In this document: in pieces, positions 1-11,500 of the stretch
Layout: the number at the start of each line of letters is the position of its first letter
Numbering within the stretch: the first letter of the stretch is position 1
NCBI GenBank assembly: GCA_950097015.1
Contig: CATNEN010000024.1
Span: forward strand, 1,054,001 to 1,118,000
DNA: 64,000 bases
Origin: Macrostomum hystrix
Lineage: Eukaryota; Animalia; Platyhelminthes
Direction: 5' to 3'
Translations under genes and position numbers: made by a program
The notes under the pieces: generated by a model
What the model saw: the letters and a program-made list of their open reading frames with translations, nothing else
Databases searched by the model: none
Told to the model about the DNA's origin: nothing

Positions 1-3000
1 GGTGCCGGACACCCGGACATGGTCCGGCCATCTGGCTGAAGCGTTGAACAACGCGATGCTGCCCCAGCCTGGTGCAGTTGTAGCGGCCTTGCTAGAAGAG
101 CTGCTGGTTACAGCCGAGCCAGCCTCAGCAGAAGCCTCTGCCGTTGTCAGCTGCCTAACCAGCATGTCCGGGGAGCCCGGCAGCTCATCGCAGCTGTACT
201 CTGTGCTCACCCGGCTGAGCGGACGCCGGATCGCGGACGCCTTCCGCTGCTGCGTCGAGGCCGGCGCTGAGTCTACGGCTATAAAGCTGCTGCCGCATGT
301 GCCAATCCAGGTAGGTTAATTTTCTCAGACAACAGCAACACCAAAGCACACTGTCAAGGTAAAAAATGCTGCATCAAATGTCGGGCATCAGGGTAGATCT
401 TCACGGCCGTCAGGTAGCAGACCACCTACTCGTAGGTAGACGAACTGCTCAAATTGTGGAAACTATGCGTTGCAGAAAATTGCGGCCTTGATTTCGTCAA
501 GCCTGCAGAGTTCCTCGTGTTGATTAGCAGGCCGACGGTAGCTGCAAGCCTTGCTGTTAAGAGCATTAACAGCCCATTCTAGAATACTCTTCAGTGGAGC
601 ATCGCTATTTGTGACATTTACTAGTGTGTAGCGGGTTGCCGAGTTGGCTTCGCAAACGAGTTCGTGTTTATTTGAGTTCGCAAAAAGGGGTGAGGGCTCT
701 GTGCCCGAGACAAAGAGCCTTATAAAGGCCAGCGCGACTTCTCCATGTCCCCAACCCCACTGAGGATCGCAAACCAATGCGACCGCGCGAGCAGGGGTGA
801 CGCATCCGCCCAGACCGTGGTGTGATGTCTGGGGCCGGCTGTCTGGGGTAGAGTGCACTCTCCGCCACAGAGCTCCCCCCAGCGCTGGCCTACGGTGGCT
901 GCCGGCATCGACGGCTGGGCTGCTGACGGCAAGCTGGTTGCTTTTGCGGCGGAACGCGTGGGGCCTCTGTGGTGCTGGCTGGCTCGTTGGCGGTCAGAGG
1001 AGGGGTGCATTCCGCGGGGTTCCGTGGAGGACGGCCGCGAGGCCGCAGCGCAGGCAAGGGCACTGGACACGTTGGATCAAGCGTCGCTGGCTTCAGCCGG
1101 TCCACGGAGACGTGGTCACGCCGGGTGCCAAGATCTAGCAGGAAAACCTTGGCGCCCCGCTCCAGCACCTTGAATGGGCCATCGTACGGCCTCTGGAGCG
1201 CCGAACGGTGACCATCGCGCCTGACGAAAACGTGCGTGCAGGTATCGAGGGCGGGCGGCCAGGAGTGCGGGCGGTGGCCGTGCTGAGAGGTCGGCGGTGG
1301 GCGGAACGCCCGAACAGCGCTACGCAGGCTGGCAAGGAACTCGCCTTGGCTGCATGAGGGCTGACAGGCCTGTAAGCATTCGCCGGGCACCGTCAGCGGC
1401 GCACCGTAAACCAGCTCGGCTGACGAAACTGCGAAGTCCTCCTTAGGAGCCGTTCGAATGCCTAGAAGCACCCACGGGAGCTCAGCGGTCCAGGCTGGCC
1501 CGGTTAGCCGCGCCATCAAGGAAGCCTTGAGCTGTCTGTGGAATCGCTCGACGAGCCCGTTGGCCTGCGGGTGAAACGCTGTCGTGTGATGGAGCTGCAT
1601 GCCCAGCAGGCGAGACACGTTGGTCCAGAGCTCCGAGGTGAATTGGGCTCCGCGGTCTGATGTGATTTCGCGGGGAACGCCGAAACGGGCGATCCAGTGG
1701 GCGATGAACGAGGAAGCGCAGGTGGCTGCCGAGGTGTCAGATAAAGGGATGGCCTCGGGCCATCGGGTGAAGCGGTCGACCACAGTCAGCAGGTGCGTGA
1801 ACCCCTGCGAGGGTGGCAGAGGGCCCACGAGGTCGATATGCACATGTTCGAAACGCGCTCCTGGCACCGGGATGCTGTCGGGTGTGGTGGCCACGTGTCG
1901 CTGCACCTTGGCTGTCTGGCAAGCGATGCAGGCGCGCGCCCACTGGCCGACGTCGCGGTTCAGGCCGGGCCAGACGAAGCGATCGGCTACCAAGCGGCGG
2001 GTGCTGCGGATTGACGGGTGTGCCAGGCTGTGGATCGCCTCGAACACTGATCGACGGAAAGCTGGCGGCACCAACGGGCGCGGCCGGCCGGTGGAAGTGT
2101 CGCAAAGCAGATCCAATCCTGAGCGCATGGCCACGCGCTTCAGCTGAAGCCCGGAATCTTGCGGCATCGGTTCGCCGAGTTTCTGTGCCTGTGCCATGGC
2201 TGTGTAGTCGACTCCGGGCATCACACTTGCGATTGTGCAGCGGGACAGCGCATCGGCCACGGGATTGTCCTTTCCAGCGACGTGCCGGATGTCGGTGGTG
2301 TACTCTGACACGTAGGCGAGGTGCCGCTGCTGTCGGGCGGACCACGGCTCGGACAGTTTGGCCATGGCTGCGGCGAGTGGCTTGTGGTCGGTGAACGCGG
2401 TAAAAGGGCGGCCTTCCAGGAGGAAACGGAAATGGCGGGTGGCCAGGTAGAGCGCCAAAAACTCGCGGTCGAAAGCGCTGTACTTCTGCTCTGGGGGCCG
2501 CAGTTGCTTACTGAAAAATGCAAGCGGCTTCCACAGGCCGCCGACCCGCTGCTCGAGGACGGCTCCGACGGCCGTTTGCGAGGCGTCAACGGTGAGTGCC
2601 GTGGGCGCCTCCGGGTCAGGGTGCACCAGCATGACTGCGTCGGCCAGGGCTCGCTTTGTGTCCTCGAATGCGTCGGTCAACTCCTGCGTCCACTGCAGTA
2701 GCTTCTCCTTGCCAGCCATTGCGCGATAGATTGGGCGAAGGAGCTGGGCGGCTCGCGGCACGAAACGGTGGTAGAAATTCACCATGCCAGTGAACTCCTG
2801 CAGGCCCTTGACTGTCGTAGGGGGCGCAAATTTGCGTATGGCTTCGACCTTGTCAGGCAATGGCACGGCTCCCTGGCTGCTGATTCTATGGCCCAGGAAG
2901 TCGATTTCGCTACGGCCGAACTGGCATTTGGCCGGGTTGAGCAACAAGCCATTGTCTGCCAGCCGCTGGAATAGGACTCTCAGGTCGGACTGGTGTTGTT

Positions 3001-6000
3001 CCGGGCTGCTGCTTGCTACCAGGAAATCATCGATGTAGGCAAACACGGACGGCAGGTCCTGGCAGATGGAGTCCACGAGCCGCTGGAAAGCCTGGGCCGC
3101 GTTCTTTAGCCCGAAGGGCATTCTGAGGAATTCGAAAAGGCCGAAGGGCGTAATGACGGCCGTCTTGGGAATGTCGGCCTCTGCGACAGGGATCTGGTGG
3201 TATCCGCGCACCAGGTCGACCTTGGAGAAGATGGAGCAACCTGCCAGACGCGCGGAGAAGTCCTGGATGTGCGGTACAGGGTAACGGTCCGGCACCGTTG
3301 CGTCGTTAAGGCGCCGGAAATCGCCGCAAGGCCGCCATCCGCCAGATGACTTCGGCACCATGTGCAACGGAGAAGACCAAGGGCTGCTGGAGCGCCGCAC
3401 GATTCCGAGCTGTTCGAGCGTTCGGAACTCTTCCTTGGCTGCTGCCAGTTTGTCGGGTGGCAGGCGGCGGGCGCGGGCGTGCACCGGTGGACCCTGCGTG
3501 GGTATGTGGTGCTCGATGCCGTGGCGTGGAGTGGCTTTCTTGAAACTCGGCTCGGTGATGCTGGGGAACTCGGCCAGTATCCGGCTGTAGGTGTCGCTGG
3601 CCACGGTTGCGGCGATCTGGGGTGCTGGTCCAGTGCCGGGCAGCAGGTGCACGCTGGCCAGAGAGCTGGCATCAAGGAGGCGGCGGTTAGGCAAATCCAC
3701 CAGCAATCCGTGATGGCGTAGGAAGTCTGCGCCGATCAATGGCCGTGCGACCTCAGCCAACAAAAAGGGCCAAGTACAGGTCTTGAGGCCGATGTCCAGC
3801 GTGATAGTCCGACTGCCGAATGTACGGATGCGCGTGCCGTTGGCGGCGAACAGAGGCGGGCCAGTGGGCTGGTGACGGGTGTCGATGCCGGTGGCTGGAA
3901 AGATGCTGACCTCCGCGCCTGTGTCCACCAGGAAACGTCGGCCTGTGTGCACGTCGGGGATGAGCAGCAGATTGTTGCCGGCCGCCGAGATGGTCAGTGG
4001 CGACCGGCCTGCCCGTTTCCCTGGAAACTGCAGGGCTGCTGGCAACGCCTCGCCTCTGCGCCGAACTTGCGGTGGAAGTGGCATAGGCCGCTTGCGTCGG
4101 TAGACGGGCGCTGCGTTGGGCGCGGCAGCTTATTTCGACCGTTGCCGAAATGGCGTGCCGCGTGCACCTCCGCCTCGCCAGCCAACTGAGCGGATGCAGC
4201 CACCGGCTGGGGCCGGCTGGCCCAGAGCTGGTCAGCGAGCTGGCCGGCCGCCCGAGGGTCCGAAAAATCCGCAGACACCAGCGCCATCCGGATGTCGTTG
4301 GGAAGTTGTTGACGGAAAAGCTCCTCGAACAACAGGCACGGTTTGTGATCGCCTAGCAGCGCCAGCATCTCGTCCATCAGCTCGGATGGGCGCCGGTCTC
4401 CTAGGCCGGAAAGGTTGAGCAGTCGGCTGGCGCGCTGCTGGCGTGTCAGACTAAAGGTACCGAGCAGGCGGGCCTTCAGTCCTTCATACTTGTCGGACTC
4501 CGGAGGACTCTCCAGAACGTCCAGCAGGCGTTCAGCGGTCTGCTGATCCAGGGCGGCGACCAGATGGTAATACTTGGTTTCCTCCTGGGTGATGCCGCGC
4601 AGGAGAAACTGGGCCTCCGCCTGGATGAACCAAGCCCGCGGTTGGGCTGCCCAGAATGTGGGCAGTTTCAGTGCTACCGAGTTTTCGGTTGTAGGGGCCA
4701 TTGGAACGAAATGGCTGCGTCGGGCTCACCAATGTAGCGGGTTGCCGAGTTGGCTTCGCAAACGAGTTCGTGTTTATTTGAGTTCGCAAAAAGGGGTGAG
4801 GGCTCTGTGCCCGAGACAAAGAGCCTTATAAAGGCCAGCGCGACTTCTCCATGTCCCCAACCCCACTGAGGATCGCAAACCAATGCGACCGCGCGAGCAG
4901 GGGTGACGCATCCGCCCAGACCGTGGTGTGATGTCTGGGGCCGGCTGTCTGGGGTAGAGTGCACTCTCCGCCACAAGTGCATATTATCATATAATAGGGG
5001 TAATTTTATAATATCCATTTACACTTAAAAAAAACCTTTTATGAAATAAGAAAACTTTTCTGAAATAATTTTTTGACCCCCCCCAGCCGTCCTCATCGGT
5101 CGTCCAGTGGCTGACAATGGCGTCTGAGCGGGGCCTCCTGCAACTGCTGGCTAGTCTGCTGAGCAGCCGCTGTCTGCACGCATCCGCCGCGGTCAACGCC
5201 GAGGACGCCAGCGGTCGAACGGCTCTGACCGCGGCTTGCCTGGCCGGACAAACCGGCGCGGTGCGGCTGCTGCTGGAGCAGGGCTCGGCAGATCCCGGCC
5301 GGGCTGACCGGGACGGCAGGACCTGCCGACAGCTGCTGCTGCTGTTGCTGGAGAATGGCGGCGGCACGGTGGTGAACTCAGCGACTGTGGCCGAGATTGC
5401 TGCCCTGCTAGACGAAGCGGAAAGCCTGTGAGAAGCAACAAAACTTTGCCCTATGAAGAAAGAAAGTCATGCTTGAAAAGCTATATATTTCCTAAAATAC
5501 TTATTTGACAGAAATTAAAATAACCTGCGTGTTGAATTTCAGCGGCAGCACTCGGTCGGAGCGAACTCAGAGCCAGCAGCTGTACAGCTTCCTGACAAGA
5601 TGCGGCTTCACAGCCAGGCGGGCTGAGCTGCACAATGAGGCCGCTGACTTCCTGCTGCACTGCATTGCCAAGCCATTGGCTGCCAACCATGGCTACCAGA
5701 TCGACTGCCGACTCGTTGGCAGCTTCGCCGAAGGCTGGGGCCCCTCTCTGGTGCAAGCCAACGGTCGGGTGGCCGTTGACTCCGATGTCAACTGGCTACT
5801 GTTTGAACCGGCTGCAAATGGTACGAGCTCTCATTTGTGTCCTGGCCTCAACCTATTCGAGTTATAAAAAAATTGAAAACTCGATGAAAAATGTTTTTTT
5901 TCACAGATTCTGTGCGCCATCTGCAGCAGCCCAGCCGCGAGACCCAAGCGGGTACCCTGGTGCGCGCCGACTGGCAGACGGGCAGTCGGCAACAAACTCC

Positions 6001-7390
6001 CTTCGAGACTGCTCGCATCGCGCAGCTGCTCCGAACTGGTGGCGGCAGCACCGACCGCCTCACCGTCTGTGAGACTCTTGACCTTCCAGCCAGCTTTGCC
6101 AACCAGGAGAGGTGCCTCATGCGCAGCCTTAGCACTGTCCAGGGCCAGGTATTCGTCATCGTAAAGATTATTTTTAAGCGAATGTTGCCAGCAATGGATG
6201 CCGCAGGATTGACTTCGTACCACGCCAAGACCGTTCTGTTCTTCATGCTGGCGCGTCACTCCCGTCGTCAGGCCTGGTGGGAGCCCGAGAATCTGCTACC
6301 GCTAGTGCGGAAAGCGCTCAAACTGACCCTGGAGCTGCTGGAGCTCGACGCCAGGCCGTGTGTCTGCATGCCTCATTTCCTTGCTCAGGATTGTCACCTG
6401 GCCTTCCGAGATCCCTCAGAGGGTACTAAGGCTCGTGTACGCGAAGCGCTAAATGCACTGTGCGGCGATCTCACAAAAATTGATGGTTTTCTGAGAGTTC
6501 AACTGCGCCCAATAATGTCATTGCGCCCGCCGTTTTACTTTCACCCGTACACCCTTCTGCCGGTGGAAGTCAGTTACTCCGAGAAGGCACTAAAGTCTGA
6601 CTACAAGGAAAACTATAGCATCTTCGCCGAAGCGTATTTGTTAGTTCAGCAGTGCCTATTAAACCTGTCGGTTACCAATAATCCGACAGTTATGGTGTCC
6701 AGGTTAGCAAGAATCAGTCGACTGCCACCTTGGTGCAAGTGCGCCCGCGAGTGTCTGTCTATTTTAGCGCACCTGAGCTTCGGCGAAAGACACCGAGCTA
6801 CCGAGTTGTTGACAGCCCTGGCTAAGCAAAGTGTCCAGCGCTGCTGGGACATGGAACGTTGCTTATTTTTTGATGGCCTGCTGTCCAAAGGGTCAGTCGC
6901 AAGCAATGCCTCTTATGTGAACCCAAAAAGCTGCGGTGACTGGGGCTGGCGATTCTGTTTCAGCAACGAAGTTCGTGTAACGCTAGAAAAGCTACCGCAG
7001 TTTACAAAAGAACTACTTCAGCCAAGAAGCGACTCGCTCAACCGGTTATACATAAACTTTCGAAGTATTTCCTGGAGCCTCATGGCAGAGCTCCTGCCGA
7101 AGCACATGGTAGCCCCAGTTGAGTGGTACACCGAAATGAAGTCCGATCCAGATCACCAAGAGCTGCTGACACTGGCCCAGTACAGTGACAGCCCATTGCA
7201 CTTACATTTCTGCTGCGCTATGCTTCAGCAGCTTCGCGAACGATCGCGGCTTGACTTGAACCTCGACATCGCGAGTGTCCGCACTAAGCTAAGCTTCCTA
7301 ACAGGCGGCTCCGACGGCTGGAGCGACGTCAAGATTCGACCCAAGAGAAAAGGATCATCGACCTCTAGAAGTTACAAACTGGAGTTTTAA
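1..7390 (+). CDS. Ankyrin-repeat + Mab-21/cGAS-like (cGLR) nucleotidyltransferase-fold protein, 5' end outside window; exons <1-310, 5087-5427, 5543-5820, 5907-7390
   Basis: Phase-compatible introns: 311-5086 (CAG|GTAGGT..CCCCAG, phase 0), 5428-5542 (CT|GTGAGA..TTTCAG, phase 2), 5821-5906 (G|GTACGA..TCACAG, phase 1). Exon 2 has an ankyrin motif ([31 protein letters not shown]). Exon 3 has GSFAEG..DSDVN. Exon 4 has Mab-21 C-terminal motifs ([35 protein letters not shown]). Confidence 0.78.
627..869 (-). repeat. 3' LTR of Gypsy element 1 (243 bp)
   Basis: Identical by eye to 4733-4975; minus strand has TTTATAA and AATAAA. Confidence 0.96.
890..4021 (-). CDS. pol: Pol (protease-RT-RNase H-integrase) of Gypsy element 1, expressed by -1 frameshift
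   Basis: ORF 890-4084: LVDTGAEVS protease, YIDD RT, DAS..AVL RNase H, H..H..C..C zinc finger, D-D-E integrase core, PYDGPF GPY/F motif; no stops. Confidence 0.96.
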   Translation of the reverse strand, partial: GKRAGRSPLTISAAGNNLLLIPDVHTGRRFLVDTGAEVSIFPATGIDTRHQPTGPPLFAANGTRIRTFGSRTITLDIGLKTCTWPFLLAEVARPLIGADFLRHHGLLVDLPNRRLLDASSLASVHLLPGTGPAPQIAATVASDTYSRILAEFPSITEPSFKKATPRHGIEHHIPTQGPPVHARARRLPPDKLAAAKEEFRTLEQLGIVRRSSSPWSSPLHMVPKSSGGWRPCGDFRRLNDATVPDRYPVPHIQDFSARLAGCSIFSKVDLVRGYHQIPVAEADIPKTAVITPFGLFEFLRMPFGLKNAAQAFQRLVDSICQDLPSVFAYIDDFLVASSSPEQHQSDLRVLFQRLADNGLLLNPAKCQFGRSEIDFLGHRISSQGAVPLPDKVEAIRKFAPPTTVKGLQEFTGMVNFYHRFVPRAAQLLRPIYRAMAGKEKLLQWTQELTDAFEDTKRALADAVMLVHPDPEAPTALTVDASQTAVGAVLEQRVGGLWKPLAFFSKQLRPPEQKYSAFDREFLALYLATRHFRFLLEGRPFTAFTDHKPLAAAMAKLSEPWSARQQRHLAYVSEYTTDIRHVAGKDNPVADALSRCTIASVMPGVDYTAMAQAQKLGEPMPQDSGLQLKRVAMRSGLDLLCDTSTGRPRPLVPPAFRRSVFEAIHSLAHPSIRSTRRLVADRFVWPGLNRDVGQWARACIACQTAKVQRHVATTPDSIPVPGARFEHVHIDLVGPLPPSQGFTHLLTVVDRFTRWPEAIPLSDTSAATCASSFIAHWIARFGVPREITSDRGAQFTSELWTNVSRLLGMQLHHTTAFHPQANGLVERFHRQLKASLMARLTGPAWTAELPWVLLGIRTAPKEDFAVSSAELVYGAPLTVPGECLQACQPSCSQGEFLASLRSAVRAFRPPPTSQHGHRPHSWPPALDTCTHVFVRRDGHRSALQRPYDGPFKVLERGAKVFLLDLGTRRDHVSVDRLKPATLDPTCPVPLPALRPRGRPPRNPAECTPPLTANEPASTTEAPRVPPQKQPACRQQPSRRCRQPP
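3977..4021 (-). promoter_or_regulatory. -1 programmed ribosomal frameshift signal (G GGA AAC + 6 nt + 10-bp hairpin)
   Basis: Heptamer at 4015-4021 is in the gag frame inside the gag/pol overlap; stem GCCGGUCGCC/GGCGGCCGGC with 12-nt loop at 3977-4008. Confidence 0.8.
3994..4701 (-). CDS. gag: Gag of Gypsy element 1
   Basis: 235 aa; KLPTFW..PRAWF..AEAQF N-terminus typical of short Gypsy Gags; C-terminal [18 protein letters not shown] (CHCC). Confidence 0.93.
   Translation of the reverse strand: MAPTTENSVALKLPTFWAAQPRAWFIQAEAQFLLRGITQEETKYYHLVAALDQQTAERLLDVLESPPESDKYEGLKARLLGTFSLTRQQRASRLLNLSGLGDRRPSELMDEMLALLGDHKPCLLFEELFRQQLPNDIRMALVSADFSDPRAAGQLADQLWASRPQPVAASAQLAGEAEVHAARHFGNGRNKLPRPTQRPSTDASGLCHFHRKFGAEARRCQQPCSFQGNGQAGRH
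4718..4731 (-). promoter_or_regulatory. Primer-binding site, tRNA-Trp-like
   Basis: TGGTGAGCCCGACG one nt after the 5' LTR; complementary to the metazoan tRNA-Trp 3' end as I recall it (CGUCGGGGUCACCA) with one mismatch. Confidence 0.7.
4733..4975 (-). repeat. 5' LTR of Gypsy element 1 (243 bp)
   Basis: Identical by eye to 627-869; adjacent to PBS and gag. Confidence 0.96.
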
Positions 7391-8590
7391 AAGGCTTTCA
7401 GATCACTACATTTAAATGCATTATTAACTATTGCTAGACCTGAAGAGATATGTATAATTCATCAGCTATAATGGACAGTATGAACGAAAATTTATTGCGT
7501 CACACTTCGCAGTGCACATCATATTTTAATTAAATTTAAAGTTCATACTACTCCGAAGTATCGTGAAAATTACCATAACAAATAAATAAATAATGACTAA
7601 ATTTCAAACCAGATATTCGCAGCAATTCAACCACCTTCCTTGTCGAACTCAATCATTATTATAGCTGCTTGTCGACATCAAAAACAACAAAAAAAACATC
7701 ACAACAAGTGTAAACCAGAAAGAAAAATATTCAGATAAATAAAATAAAGAAAAATAACACAAATTAGTTTGCGATGTCAGAAGGGCGAATCTCGAGCAGC
7801 TGCCAGCTTCATGAAGCTCCCAAATCGCAGCACTTAATTGCCCACACTGCACGTCTGGTGCTTGCTGATCCTGGAATTTGCCAGCAGGCCTTCCACGTAA
7901 CGCCGCGTTCTATAGAATAGATACCCTGCCCTCGGCGCAATGGGCCCTGCAGGGTGAGGAGCAAGAGTCCTGCTCGGTCTCTCTGCAGTATGATTCTGCG
8001 CGCACGATGTGTCCTGCTTATAGCTGCAGCCGCCGCCTATACGAAGGGTCTCGCTGGGTGGTCTCAGCCCTGCACGTTGATAGAGGGCCGCTTTTGAGGC
8101 CGGGTAATGGATGCCAAAAGCGGCGTGCAGCAGGCCTGAGTGCGAGGCAAAGTGCAATTGCACCAGAGGGCAATTCTGTCGACATCGTTGTCGAAATTCC
8201 CAACGAATGAGGCGTTTCAAACAAAATGTATCGATTGTTTAACATTAAAAAACTTTCGCATAAAAATCACAGTTTTCTTCCTATAAATTTACTGCAAATA
8301 TTTTAAAGCGCTTATCCAATATTGTGACTAAAAACAGTTCTTTTAGTGTATAATTTGAGGTTTGAGCCCTTGCGGACCTCGCGCTCCCACTTTCAATAAA
8401 CTTGTGCTCCTACTTAAATGAGCCTACCAGTGAATGCTGCTGCGAATCGTTCAAACTTAGCCCTACAGCTAAATGTTTGATTAGAATAATAAACACATTT
8501 AAGCTGAAATCTCGAGTTTTAAGCAATCATTTTCTGATCTGGTCATTACATTTGTCATTAAATTATCAGCAGCCAACAGACAGCTAAACA

Positions 8591-11500
8591 ATGAACAACT
8601 CAGGTTGTATTATCAAGGATTTTATCCCAGGTAATCGCAATATTAGCTACATTATTACTAAACAAAATCGTACGGCGTACTTTATTAAATCATGTTTTTA
8701 GGGAACATAGAATCATACCTTTTAAAGTGTCTAGGCCTATGACATGTTTATAGGGGCCTATCAAACAATGTAGGCATATTGTTTTACCGATAACTTTTTT
8801 AGAATTCAGTTACATTGTCACTTAGAGTAGAAATATGTCATTGAATATTAACGCAATACTAAATGTATTGCTAAAAGTATTACTAACACCATATGGTAAC
8901 TTGGTATTTGGTATCTCATAATTCAAGGGTCCATGTATTGACTATTGTAAACACAACAGACTACAGTGGGACCAAATTGCAGTAGTTTTTTATATCTTAT
9001 TTTATAATATTGCTTTAAGAGCTGCTGATGTCCATGTAATATTTGTTTAAATTCAACTAAAATACTAAAAAGCAAGACTTAAAGAATTTTTAAGAAAATG
9101 TTTTTGCAAAAATAGTAACATAATATTAGTAAGCTGTATTTAAATTATCAAAATATTATTTTGTCTATGTTTTTATTTTATTTTTATTTAGCTTACTTTT
9201 GACTGAGATAAAAGTCTAAGGCAGTTATTTGACTAGTATAAATATCTCAGTGTCAAGATTTTGTTTCTATTATTGCGACAAAACTTGGGCCAATTATATT
9301 CAAATCCACAGCTTACTGCTATTTAGCTATATAGTGTATATATTTCTGAAATTGTATGACTTTTTATTACTAAATTCTTAAAATTTATTTTAATTTTAAT
9401 TTACTTGACATCAGCAGCTCTTGAATCCTTGTTAAAAAACACTTGCTACTGTTTCACTGTAGTCTAGTCCTAGTGCCCTGTGTTGCAGTTTGATTGTGGT
9501 CTCATGGCCGTAGTTTTCAGCCATAATTATGGATACAGTTACAGGAATCTACAGGGTAGGGAAAACTGCCATAATTTGGTTACAGATCATCTTTATTGTT
9601 GACAGGGGCATTCGTAGAACAGTATTTATCTCTAATTATTTGACTGTCATGCTTTAGTCAGGCTTTGAGTTAAACAGACTACCTACTGCTTAATAAAAAT
9701 GTAAATATCAGCAACAAGACTACAATTTCTCCAGATCAAAATTGACCTAGTATTGATTTTGTATTTCTATGACAGTTTTTTTCATTTTAATTTCTGGTTC
9801 AATAGTCATTCATATATATATATATTTTATAGGTGCAACTGAGAATGCATCAAATTGCTTTAGCTGCAACAGTCAAGCCACAGTGCAATGCATACAGTGC
9901 CGCAACATTCTTTTCTGCAGAAACTGCTTTGACAAGGTTAGTTTTTTGTGTATGGCCTATAGCTTCATCCATTATATTAACATTTCAGACCTCAGATTTG
10001 AGAAATTCTTAGTTCTTTATGAAATTTTACAGTCCCACAGAATGCAGGGCATTAATCATAGCCAAGTGGAGCCATTAGTCATTACTCCACTGCTGCAGCC
10101 AGTTAAACAGCCCGTCTGCTATGTGGCTGGTCATTCTACTGCTGAAAAATTCTGTCTCGATTGCGCTAATCAGTTGTGCTCAAAATGCAGCCACTCTGCT
10201 GAGCATGCCGGGCATTCCTTGTGCGACTTCGGCCAGGCCAATATTCACCTGCTCAACTGGCTGCTGGGTATTGGTGACTCGTTGAATAATCTGGCTAGCC
10301 GCCTGGGCGATTGCGAGCAGGCCCTACAAACTGAAGCTCTTAAGTAAGTCTATACTGTCCTCTCTCCCCAGCATATATTGTCTTCTCTTCCCTGTCTATG
10401 CTGTCCACTCTCCCCAGCATATATTGTCTTCTCTTCCCTGTCTATGCTGTCCACTCTCCCCAGCATATATTGTCTTCTCTTCCCTGTCTATGCTGTCCAC
10501 TCTCCCCAGCATATATTGTCTTCTCTTCCCTCTCGTCCATACAGTCTAATGTCCATACTGTCTATTGTCCATACTGTCTATTGTCCATACTGTCTATTGT
10601 CCGCTGTCCAAACAGTCTATTGTCCGCTGTCCATACAGTCTATTGTCCGCTGTCCATACAGTCTATTGTCCCCTGTCCATACAGTCAATTGTACCTGTCT
10701 TCTGCATAAGCTTTATACACCCTGACTATCACCAGACTGCAGTCCGAAGCAAGGCACAACATCGAGGCTGCTGTGCGGGCGGACTTTGATGCGTTACGAG
10801 CCCGCTTACTAGCCGCCGAGCGCCAGACTGTCAGCCGCTTAGTCGAGGACGGCGTCCGGAGGCCCCTAGAGAATCAGCGCAGTCGCATATTGAATGAATT
10901 GCACCAGTGCGCCAATTGGTTGCAGCCTTTATCTTTGTCTTTGAAAGCGCTGCGCGCTGCTGACAGCAACACCTTCGCCAGATGGTGCCCTAACAGGCCA
11001 TTCGACTATGCGAAACTAACACAGTTGCTAGGCAATCTGGCCAGCGAGCCCGCCTGTCTGGCTACCGGGGCCAGTTCGCCGGTTATCGCATTGAATCGCG
11101 ATCCGACTAGCCAGCCGACAGACGCTGGACACTATTCCATAGCCCGTCCGCCTAGTCTGACAGCCGGCCCACTGGCTGCTTTGGATCCGAATTTGCTGAC
11201 ACAATTGCTGTCACCGAATCTGACAGCTGAAATCTTTGGCTTCGGCAGTTCAGATCCGGCTCAGTCACTAGCCCGACTGCCATCGCCCATCCTGCAGCCG
11301 GCTATTCAGCAGTTGGACACTGTGCAATTACCTGAACTGGCTCCTCTGTCAACTGGAGACGCTGTTACTCCTGTCTGTATAAACTCACCCTACGATATCT
11401 GGGTAGTTCGCTTCAATGAGCTTGACTTGGTAAAGAAACTACAAGAGTTGTGTTGCCATGCGGTTGCCAATTATCAATTAGCCGCTATTAGCGCAGACAG

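Larger units (their letters stand above)
627..4975 (-). mobile_element. Full-length Ty3/Gypsy LTR retrotransposon (CsRn1-like), 4349 bp, in intron of the ANK-cGLR gene
   Basis: Direct repeats 627-869 and 4733-4975 with TG..CA ends; 4-bp TSD AGTG at 623-626 and 4976-4979; PBS 4718-4731; purine tract (GGGGGGAG on minus) at about 873-880; gag and pol ORFs intact; Gag CX2HX9CX3C motif. Confidence 0.97.

Noticed and set aside
969-4418. Many plus-strand ORFs opposite gag/pol (also 41413-45387)
   Set aside because: Expected shadow ORFs of GC-rich coding sequence; no domains. Neither element has room for an env ORF.
5117-5431. Stand-alone small ankyrin protein ending at TGA 5431
   Set aside because: The TGA is part of a GTGAGA donor that is phase-matched to the next acceptor, and the ORF is also spliced at its 5' side; the fusion model is preferred but needs cDNA.
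7780-8230. GC-rich island with 75-128-aa ORFs between the cGLR and Tudor genes
   Set aside because: No recognisable domain, no convincing RING and no clear splice-phase link; may be UTR or a decayed fragment.
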